From Eledone cirrhosa (taxonomy: Eukaryota), in assembly GCA_964016885.1 (NCBI GenBank), contig OZ024758.1, positions 36,270,001-36,334,000 of the forward strand: DNA of 64,000 bases, given 5' to 3'. The notes under the pieces were generated by a model that saw nothing but the letters and a program-made list of their open reading frames with translations, was not told where the DNA came from and did no database searches. The position numbers were made by a program, and so were the translations under genes. Position 1 is the first letter of the stretch. Each line of letters opens with the position of its first letter. Below, in pieces: positions 54,201 to 64,000 of this stretch.

Positions 54201-57200
54201 GTCACTCCACTGTTGGTGAGAATTCATTTAAGTTCATGGTACTAGCTGTCAGAAGTAACCCCAATGTTGGTGAGAATTCATTTAAGTTCATGGTATTAGC
54301 TGTCAGAAGTCACTCCAATGTTGGTGAGAATTCATTTAAGTTCATGGTATTAGCTGTCAGAAGTAACTCCACTGTTGGTGAGAATTCATTTAAGTTCATG
54401 GTATTAGCTGTCAGAAGTAACTCCACTGTTGGTGAGAATATATTTAAGTTCATGGTATTAGCTGTCAGAAGTAACTCCACTGTTGGTGAGAATTCATTTA
54501 AGTTCATGGTATTAGCTGTCAGAAGGAACTCCAATGTTGGTGAGAATTCATTTAAGTCATGGTACTAGCTGTCAGAAGTAACTCCACTGTTGGTGAGAAT
54601 TCATTTAAGTTCATGGTATTAGCTGTCAGAAGTCACTCCAATGTTGGTGAGAATTCATTTAAGTTCATGGTATTAGCTGTCAGAAGTAACTCCACTGTTG
54701 GTAAGAATTCATTTAAGTTCATGGTATTAGCTGTCAGAAGTAACTCCACTGTTGGTGAGAATTCATTTAAGTTCATGGTATTAGCTGTCAGAAGGAACGC
54801 CACTGTTGGTGAGAATTCATTTAAGTTCATGGTATTAGCTGTCAGAAGTAACTCCACTGTTGGTGAGAATTCATTTAAGTTCATGGTACTAGCTGTCAGA
54901 AGTAACTCCACTGTTGGTGAGAATTCATTTAAGTTCATGGTATTAGCTGTCAGAAGTCACTCCAATGTTGGTGAGAATTCATTTAAGTTCATGGTATTAG
55001 CTGTCAGAAGTCACTCCACTGTTGGTGAGAATTCATTTAAGTTCATGGTACTAGCTGTCAGAAGTAACCCCAATGTTGATGAAAATTCATTTAAGTTCAT
55101 GGTATTAGCTGTCAGAAGTCACTCCAATGTTGGTGAGAATTCATTTAAGTTCATGGTATTAGCTGTCAGAAGTAACTCCACTGTTGGTGAGAATTCATTT
55201 AAGTTCATGGTATTAGCTGTCAGAAGTAACTCCACTGTTGGTGAGAATTCATTTAAGTTCATGGTATTAGCTGTCAGAAGTAACCCCAATGTTGGTGAGA
55301 ATTCATTTAAGTTCATGGTATTAGCTGTCAGAAGTAACTCCACTGTTGGTGAGAATTCATTTAAGTTCATGGTACTAGCTGTCAGAAGTCACTCCACTGT
55401 TGGTGAGAATACATTTAAGTTCATGGTACTAGCTGTCAGAAGTAACCCCAATGTTGGTGAGAATTCATTTAAGTTCATGGTATTAGCTGTCAGAAGTCAC
55501 TCCAATGTTGGTGAGAATTCATTTAAGTTCATGGTATTAGCTGTCAGAAGTAACTCCACTGTTGGTAAGAATTCATTTAAGTTCATGGTATTAGCTGTCA
55601 GAAGTAACTCCACTGTTGGTGTGAATTCATTTAAGTTCATGGTATTAGCTGTCAGAAGGAACGCCACTGTTGGTGAGAATTCATTTAAGTTCATGGTATT
55701 AGCTGTCAGAAGTAACTCCACTGTTGGTGAGAATTCATTTAAGTTCATGGTACTAGCTGTCAGAAGTAACTCCACTGTTGGTGAGAATTCATTTAAGTTC
55801 ATGGTATTAGCTGTCAGAAGTCACTCCAATGTTGGTGAGAATTCATTTAAGTTCATGGTATTAGCTGTCAGAAGTCACTCCACTGTTGGTGAGAATTCAT
55901 TTAAGTTCATGGTACTAGCTGTCAGAAGTAACCCCAATGTTGGTGAGAATTCATTTAAGTTCATGGTATTAGCTGTCAGAAGTCACTCCAATGTTGGTGA
56001 GAATTCATTTAAGTTCATGGTATTAGCTGTCAGAAGTCACTCCACTGTTGGTGAGAATTCATTTAAGTTCATGGTACTAGCTGTCAGAAGTAACCCCAAT
56101 GTTGGTGAGAATTCATTTAAGTTCATGGTATTAGCTGTCAGAAGTCACTCCAATGTTGGTGAGAATTCATTTAAGTTCATGGTATTAGCTGTCAGAAGTA
56201 ACTCCACTGTTGGTGAGAATTCATTTAAGTTCATGGTATTAGCTGTCAGAAGTAACTCCACTGTTGGTGAGAATTCATTTAAGTCATGGCATTAGCTGTC
56301 AGAAGTAACTCCAATGTTGGTGAGAATTCATTTAAGTTCATGGTATTAGCTGTCAGAAGTCACTCCACTGTTGGTGAGAATTCATTTAAGTTCATGGTAC
56401 TAGCTGTCAGAAGTAACCCCAATGTTGGTGAGAATTCATTTAAGTTCATGGTATTAGCTGTCAGAAGTCACTCCAATGTTGGTGAGAATTCATTTAAGTT
56501 CATGGTATTAGCTGTCAGAAGTAACTCCACTGTTGGTAAGAATTCATTTAAGTTCATGGTATTAGCTGTCAGAAGTAACTCCACTGTTGGTGTGAATTCA
56601 TTTAAGTTCATGGTATTAGCTGTCAGAAGGAACGCCACTGTTGGTGAGAATTCATTTAAGTTCATGGTATTAGCTGTCAGAAGTAACTCCACTGTTGGTG
56701 AGAATTCATTTAAGTTCATGGTACTAGCTGTCAGAAGTCACTCCACTGTTGGTGAGAATTCATTTAAGTTCATGGTATTAGCTGTCAGAAGTCACTCCAA
56801 TGTTGGTGAGAATTCATTTAAGTTCATGGTATTAGCTGTCAGAAGTCACTCCACTGTTGGTGAGAATTCATTTAAGTTCATGGTACTAGCTGTCAGAAGT
56901 AACCCCAATGTTGGTGAGAATTCATTTAAGTTCATGGTATTAGCTGTCAGAAGTCACTCCAATGTTGGTGAGAATTCATTTAAGTTCATGGTATTAGCTG
57001 TCAGAAGTCACTCCACTGTTGGTGAGAATTCATTTAAGTTCATGGTACTAGCTGTCAGAAGTAACCCCAATGTTGGTGAGAATTCATTTAAGTTCATGGT
57101 ATTAGCTGTCAGAAGTCATTCCAATGTTGGTGAGAATTCATTTAAGTTCATGGTATTAGCTGTCAGAAGTAACTCCACTGTTGGTGAGAATTCATTTAAG

Positions 57201-57950
57201 TTCATGGTATTAGCTGTCAGAAGTAACTCCACTGTTGGTGAGAATTCATTTAAGTCATGGTATTAGCTGTCAGAAGTAACTCCAATGTTGGTGAGAATTC
57301 ATTTAAGTTCATGGTATTAGCTGTCAGAAGTCACTCCACTGTTGGTGAGAATTCATTTAAGTTCATGGTACTAGCTGTCAGAAGTAACCCCAATGTTGGT
57401 GAGAATTCATTTAAGTTCATGGTATTAGCTGTCAGAAGTCACTCCAATGTTGGTGAGAATTCATTTAAGTTCATGGTATTAGCTGTCAGAAGTAACTCCA
57501 CTGTTGGTGAGAATTCATTTAAGTTCATTGTATTAGCTGTCAGAAGGAACGCCACTGTTGGTGAGAATTCATTTAAGTTCATGGTATTAGCTGTCAGAAG
57601 TAACTCCACTGTTGGTGAGAATTCATTTAAGTTCATGGTACTAGCTGTCAGAAGTAACTCCAATGTTGGTGAGAATTCATTTAAGTTCATGGTATTAGCT
57701 GTCAGAAGGAACTCCACTGTTGCTGAGAATTCATTTAAGTTCATGGTATTAGCTGTCAGAAGTAACTCCACTGTTGGTGAGAATTCATTTAAGTTCATGG
57801 TACTAGCTGTCAGAAGTCACTCCACTGTTGGTGAGAATACATTTAAGTTCATGGTACTAGCTGTCAGAAGTAACCCCAATGTTGGTGAGAATTCATTTAA
57901 GTTCATGGTATTAGCTGTCAGAAGTCACTCCAATGTTGGTGAGAATTCAT
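42300..57950 (+). repeat. Three related copies of a ~5.9 kb super-unit (middle copy ~1.3 kb shorter)
   Basis: AGATGT at 42872/48751/53337, junction GGCATT at 45824/50410/56290, and CATTCC at 46653/51239/57119. Offsets are ~5880 and 4586. Boundaries are approximate. Confidence 0.82.
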
Positions 57951-60900
57951 TTAAGTTCATGGTATTAGCTGTCAGAAGTAACTCCACTGTTGGTAAGAAT
58001 TCATTTAAGTTCATGGTATTAGCTGTCAGAAGTAACTCCACTGTTGGTGAGAATTCATTTAAGTTCATGGTATTAGCTGTCAGAAGGAACGCCACTGTTG
58101 GTGAGAATTCATTTAAGTTCATGGTATTAGCTGTCAGAAGTAACTCCACTGTTGGTGAGAATTCATTTAAGTTCATGGTACTAGCTGTCAGAAGTAACTC
58201 CACTGTTGGTGAGAATTCATTTAAGTTCATGGTATTAGCTGTCAGAAGTCACTCCAATGTTGGTGAGAATTCATTTAAGTTCATGGTACTAGCTGTCAGA
58301 AGTAACCCCAATGTTGGTGAGAATTCATTTAAGTTCATGGTATTAGCTGTCAGAAGTCATTCCAATGTTGGTGAGAATTCATTTAAGTTCATGGTATTAG
58401 CTGTCAGAAGTAACTCCACTGTTGGTGAGAATTCATTTAAGTTCATGGTATTAGCTGTCAGAAGTAACTCCACTGTTGGTGAGAATTCATTTAAGTCATG
58501 GTATTAGCTCTCAGAAGTAACTCCAATGTTGGTGAGAATTCATTTAAGTTCATGGTATTAGCTGTCAGAAGTCACTCCACTGTTGGTGAGAATTCATTTA
58601 AGTTCATGGTACTAGCTGTCAGAAGTAACCCCAATGTTGGTGAGAATTCATTTAAGTTCATGGTATTAGCTGTCAGAAGTCACTCCAATGTTGGTGAGAA
58701 TTCATTTAAGTTCATGGTATTAGCTGTCAGAAGTAACTCCACTGTTGGTGAGAATTCATTTAAGTTCATTGTATTAGCTGTCAGAAGGAACGCCACTGTT
58801 GGTGAGAATTCATTTAAGTTAATGGTATTAGCTGTCAGAAGTAACTCCACTGTTGGTGAGAATTCATTTAAGTTCATGGTACTAGCTGTCAGAAGTAACT
58901 CCAATGTTGGTGAGAATTCATTTAAGTTCATGGTATTAGCTGTCAGAAGGAACTCCACTGTTGCTGAGAATTCATTTAAGTTCATGGTATTAGCTGTCAG
59001 AAGTAACTCCACTGTTGGTGAGAATTCATTTAAGTTCATGGTACTAGCTGTCAGAAGTCACTCCACTGTTGGTGAGAATACATTTAAGTTCATGGTACTA
59101 GCTGTCAGAAGTAACCCCAATGTTGGTGAGAATTCATTTAAGTTCATGGTATTAGCTGTCAGAAGTCACTCCAATGTTGGTGAGAATTCATTTAAGTTCA
59201 TGGTATTAGCTGTCAGAAGTAACTCCACTGTTGGTAAGAATTCATTTAAGTTCATGGTATTAGCTGTCAGAAGTAACTCCACTGTTGGTGAGAATTCATT
59301 TAAGTTCATGGTATTAGCTGTCAGAAGGAACGCCACTGTTGGTGAGAATTCATTTAAGTTCATGGTATTAGCTGTCAGAAGTAACTCCACTGTTGGTGAG
59401 AATTCATTTAAGTTCATGGTACTAGCTGTCAGAAGTAACTCCACTGTTGGTGAGAATTCATTTAAGTTCATGGTATTAGCTGTCAGAAGTCACTCCAATG
59501 TTGGTGAGAATTCATTTAAGTTCATGGTATTAGCTGTCAGAAGTCACTCCACTGTTGGTGAGAATTCATTTAAGTTCATGGTACTAGCTGTCAGAAGTAA
59601 CCCCAATGTTGGTGAGAATTCATTTAAGTTCATGGTATTAGCTGTCAGAAGTCACTCCAATGTTGGTGAGAATTCATTTAAGTTCATGGTATTAGCTGTC
59701 AGAAGTAACTCCACTGTTGGTGATAATTCATTTAAGTTCATGGTATTAGCTGTCAGAAGTAACTCCACTGTTGGTGAGAATTCATTTAAGTTCATGGTAT
59801 TAGCTGTCAGAAGTAACTCCACTGTTGGTGAGAATTCATTTAAGTCATGGTATTAGCTGTCAGAAGTAACTCCAATGTTGGTGAGAATTCATTTAAGTTC
59901 ATGGTATTAGCTGTCAGAAGTCACTCCACTGTTGGTGAGAATTCATTTAAGTTCATGGTATTAGCTGTCAGAAGTCACTCCACTGTTGGTGAGAATTCAT
60001 TTAAGTTCATGGTACTAGCTGTCAGAAGTAACCCCAATGTTGGTGAGAATTCATTTAAGTTCATGGTATTAGCTGTCAGAAGTCACTCCAATGTTGGTGA
60101 GAATTCATTTAAGTTCATGGTATTAGCTGTCAGAAGTAACTCCACTGTTGGTGAGAATTCATTTAAGTTCATGGTATTAGCTGTCAGAAGTAACTCCACT
60201 GTTGGTGAGAATTCATTTAAGTTCATGGTATTAGCTGTCAGAAGTAACTCCACTGTTGGTGAGAATTCATTTAAGTCATGGTATTAGCTGTCAGAAGTAA
60301 CTCCAATGTTGGTGAGAATTCATTTAAGTTCATGGTATTAGCTGTCAGAAGTCACTCCACTGTTGGTGAGAATTCATTTAAGTTCATGGTACTAGCTGTC
60401 AGAAGTAACCCCAATGTTGGTGAGAATTCATTTAAGTTCATGGTATTAGCTGTCAGAAGTCACTCCAATGTTGGTGAGAATTCATTTAAGTTCATGGTAT
60501 TAGCTGTCAGAAGTAACTCCACTGTTGGTGAGAATTCATTTAAGTTCATGGTATTAGCTGTCAGAAGTAACTCCACTGTTGGTGAGAATTCATTTAAGTT
60601 CATGGTATTAGCTGTCAGAAGGAACGCCACTGTTGGTGAGAATTCATTTAAGTTCATGGTATTAGCTGTCAGAAGTAACTCCACTGTTGGTGAGAATTCA
60701 TTTAAGTTCATGGTACTAGCTGTCAGAAGTAACTCCAATGTTGGTGAGAATTCATTTAAGTTCATGGTATTAGCTGTCAGAAGGAACTCCACTGTTGTGA
60801 GAATTCATTTAAGTTCATGGTATTAGCTGTCAGAAGTAACTCCACTGTTGGTGAGAATTCATTTAAGTTCATGGTACTAGCTGTCAGAAGTCACTCCACT

Positions 60901-63900
60901 GTTGGTGAGAATACATTTAAGTTCATGGTACTAGCTGTCAGAAGTAACCCCAATGTTGGTGAGAATTCATTTAAGTTCATGGTATTAGCTGTCAGAAGTC
61001 ACTCCAATGTTGGTGAGAATTCATTTAAGTTCATGGTATTAGCTGTCAGAAGTAACTCCACTGTTGGTAAGAATTCATTTAAGTTCATGGTATTAGCTGT
61101 CAGAAGTAACTCCACTGTTGGTGAGAATTCATTTAAGTTCATGGTATTAGCTGTCAGAAGGAACGCCACTGTTGGTGAGAATTCATTTAAGTTCATGGTA
61201 TTAGCTGTCAGAAGTAACTCCACTGTTGGTGAGAATTCATTTAAGTTCATGGTACTAGCTGTCAGAAGTAACTCCACTGTTGGTGAGAATTCATTTAAGT
61301 TCATGGTATTAGCTGTCAGAAGTCACTCCAATGTTGGTGAGAATTCATTTAAGTTCATGGTATTAGCTGTCAGAAGTCACTCCACTGTTGGTGAGAATTC
61401 ATTTAAGTTCATGGTACTAGCTGTCAGAAGTAACCCCAATGTTGGTGAGAATTCATTTAAGTTCATGGTATTAGCTGTCAGAAGTCACTCCAATGTTGGT
61501 GAGAATTCATTTAAGTTCATGGTATTAGCTGTCAGAAGTAACTCCACTGTTGGTGAGAATTCATTTAAGTTCATGGTATTAGCTGTCAGAAGTAACTCCA
61601 CTGTTGGTGAGAATTCATTTAAGTTCATTCTATTAGCTGTCAGAAGTAACTCCACTGTTGGTGAGAATCCATTTAAGTCATGGTATTAGCTGTCAGAAGT
61701 AACTCCAATGTTGGTGAGAATTCATTTAAGTTCATGGTATTAGCTGTCAGAAGTCACTCCACTGTTGGTGAGAATTCATTTAAGTTCATGGTACTAGCTG
61801 TCAGAAGTAACCCCAATGTTGGTGAGAATTCATTTAAGTTCATGGTATTAGCTGTCAGAAGTCACTCCAATGTTGGTGAGAATTCATTTAAGTTCATGGT
61901 ATTAGCTGTCAGAAGTAACTCCACTGTTGGTGAGAATTCATTTAAGTTCATGGTATTAGCTGTCAGAAGTAACTCCACTGTTGGTGAGAATTCATTTAAG
62001 TTCATGGTATTAGCTGTCAGAAGTAACTCCACTGTTGGTGAGAATTCATTTAAGTTCATGGTATTAGCTGTCAGAAGGAACTCCAATGTTGGTGAGAATT
62101 CATTTAAGTCATGGTACTAGCTGTCAGAAGTAACTCCACTGTTGGTGAGAATTCATTTAAGTTCATGGTATTAGCTGTCAGAAGGAACGCCACTGTTGGT
62201 GAGAATTCATTTAAATTCATGGTATTAGCTGTCAGAAGTAACTCCACTGTTGGTGAGAATTCATTTAAGTTCATGGTACTAGCTGTCAGAAGTAACTCCA
62301 ATGTTGGTGAGAATTCATTTAAATTCATGGTATTAGCTGTCAGAAGTAACTCCACTGTTGGTGAGAATTCATTTAAGTTCATGGTATTAGCTGTCAGAAG
62401 TAACTCCACTGTTGGTGAGAATTCATTTAAGTTCATGGTATTAGCTGTCAGAAGTCACTCCAATGTTGGTGAGAATTCATTTAAGTCATGGTACTAGCTG
62501 TCAGAAGTAACTCCACTGTTGGTGAGAATTCATTTAAGTTCATTGTATTAGCTGTCAGAAGGAACGCCACTGTTGGTGAGAATTCATTTAAGTTCATGGT
62601 ATTAGCTGTCAGAAGTAACCCCACTGTTGGTGAGAATTCATTTAAGTTCATGGTACTAGCTGTCAGAAGTAACTCCAATGTTGGTGAGAATTCATTTAAG
62701 TTCATGGTATTAGCTGTCAGAAGTAACTCCACTGTTGGTAAGAATTCATTTAAGTTCATGGTATTAGCTGTCAGAAGTAACTCCACTGTTGGTGAGAATT
62801 CATTTAAGTTCATGGTATTAGCTGTCAGAAGGAACGCCACTGTTGGTGAGAATTCATTTAAGTTCATGGTATTAGCTGTCAGAAGTAACTCCACTGTTGG
62901 TGAGAATTCATTTAAGTTCATGGTACTAGCTGTCAGAAGTAACTCCACTGTTGGTGAGAATTCATTTAAGTTCATGGTATTAGCTGTCAGAAGTCACTCC
63001 AATGTTGGTGAGAATTCATTTAAGTTCATGGTATTAGCTGTCAGAAGTCACTCCACTGTTGGTGAGAATTCATTTAAGTTCATGGTACTAGCTGTCAGAA
63101 GTAACCCCAATGTTGGTGAGAATTCATTTAAGTTCATGGTATTAGCTGTCAGAAGTCACTCCAATGTTGGTGAGAATTCATTTAAGTTCATGGTATTAGC
63201 TGTCAGAAGTAACTCCACTGTTGGTGAGAATTCATTTAAGTTCATGGTATTAGCTGTCAGAAGTAACTCCACTGTTGGTGAGAATTCATTTAAGTTCATG
63301 GTATTAGCTGTCAGAAGTAACTCCACGGTTGGTGAGAATTCATTTAAGTCATGGTATTAGCTGTCAGAAGTAACTCCAATGTTGGTGAGAATTCATTTAA
63401 GTTCATGGTATTAGCTGTCAGAAGTCACTCCACTGTTGGTGAGAATTCATTTAAGTTCATGGTACTAGCTGTCAGAAGTAACCCCAATGTTGGTGAGAAT
63501 TCATTTAAGTTCATGGTATTAGCTGTCAGAAGTCACTCCAATGTTGGTGAGAATTCATTTAAGTTCATGGTATTAGCTGTCAGAAGTAACTCCACTGTTG
63601 GTGAGAATTCATTTAAGTTCATGGTATTAGCTGTCAGAAGTAACTCCACTGTTGGTGAGAATTCATTTAAGTTCATGGTATTAGCTGTCAGAAGTAACTC
63701 CACTGTTGGTGAGAATTCATTTAAGTTCATGGTATTAGCTGTCAGAAGGAACTCCAATGTTGGTGAGAATTCATTTAAGTCATGGTACTAGCTGTCAGAA
63801 GTAACTCCACTGTTGGTGAGAATTCATTTAAGTTCATGGTATTAGCTGTCAGAAGGAACGCCACTGTTGGTGATAATTCATTTAAATTCATGGTATTAGC

Positions 63901-64000
63901 TGTCAGAAGTAACTCCACTGTTGGTGAGAATTCATTTAAGTTCATGGTACTAGCTGTCAGAAGTAACTCCAATGTTGGTGAGAATTCATTTAAGTTCATG

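Larger units (their letters stand above)
1..64000. repeat. 54-bp tandem satellite DNA array (~1,185 monomers, single orientation, runs off both window ends)
   Basis: The unit ATGGTATTAGCTGTCAGAAGTAACTCCACTGTTGGTGAGAATTCATTTAAGTTC repeats throughout, typically with 0-3 differences per copy. Consensus composition is A15/T19/G12/C8. It contains GAATTC, AGCT, TTAA and a junction CATG. No non-repeat sequence was seen. Confidence 0.99.

Noticed and set aside
3205-60805. Singleton indels near 3214, 7131, 13320, 43855 and 60797 as meaningful frameshift sites
   Set aside because: Each occurs once and is absent from sister copies. They cannot be distinguished from sequencing error or private mutation without reads.
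24-63791. Long +strand ORFs (up to 776 aa) of the MVLAVRSNSTVGENSFKF repeat as a giant repeat protein or a chain of overlapping, coupled genes
   Set aside because: They follow from a 54-bp unit with one stop-free frame. About 69 recurrent frameshifts, several private indels and a nonsense change (TAA 21647-21649) are tolerated, and most variants are non-synonymous. There is no unique terminal domain. The 10-bp ORF overlaps are a mechanical result of the 53-bp monomer.
17-63999. Minus-strand ORFs (MNLNEFSPTVELLLTANT repeats)
   Set aside because: Same artefact. They are terminated by the common GTCAC variant (TGA on the minus strand) or by the 53-bp junction.
1-64000. CRISPR array or variable-cassette (diversity-generating) system, given a constant part plus a more variable ~10-bp segment
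   Set aside because: The variable segment has only a handful of alleles differing by 1-2 bases and reused hundreds of times. There are no unique spacers, leader, cas, reverse transcriptase or recombinase genes in the window.
1-64000. Purely artefactual concatemer (rolling-circle or synthetic) origin
   Set aside because: Hierarchically shared variants at consistent offsets indicate descent through successive duplications. Individual duplications could still be assembly errors.
1-64000. CENP-B box, telomeric repeat, tRNA/5S-derived unit, promoter or terminator in the monomer
   Set aside because: I see no TTCG..CGGG motif, TTAGGG-type repeat, recognisable structured RNA, or strong hairpin with a U-tract.

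Overview
The whole 64 kb window is one uninterrupted head-to-tail tandem array of a 54-bp, ~37% GC satellite monomer. The consensus is ATGGTATTAGCTGTCAGAAGTAACTCCACTGTTGGTGAGAATTCATTTAAGTTC, in about 1,185 copies, all in one orientation, most with an EcoRI site. I found no unique sequence, gene, RNA gene, transposon, CRISPR spacer or inversion. The listed ORFs are by-products of a unit that is a multiple of 3 and lacks stops in one frame. The real information is in the variant pattern. A small set of recurrent monomer variants is ordered into nested higher-order repeats: a 162-bp trimer, 6/8/10/22/26-mer blocks punctuated by a 53-bp deletion monomer, and recent 1.2-6.9 kb duplications whose order can be inferred from shared private mutations. 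This resembles a young, homogenising eukaryotic (peri)centromeric or heterochromatic satellite, which is inference; I cannot assign it to a named family or species. I see no evidence here of a novel protein-coding or defence system. Monomer labels such as HST or NPN are shorthand from the +strand translation.
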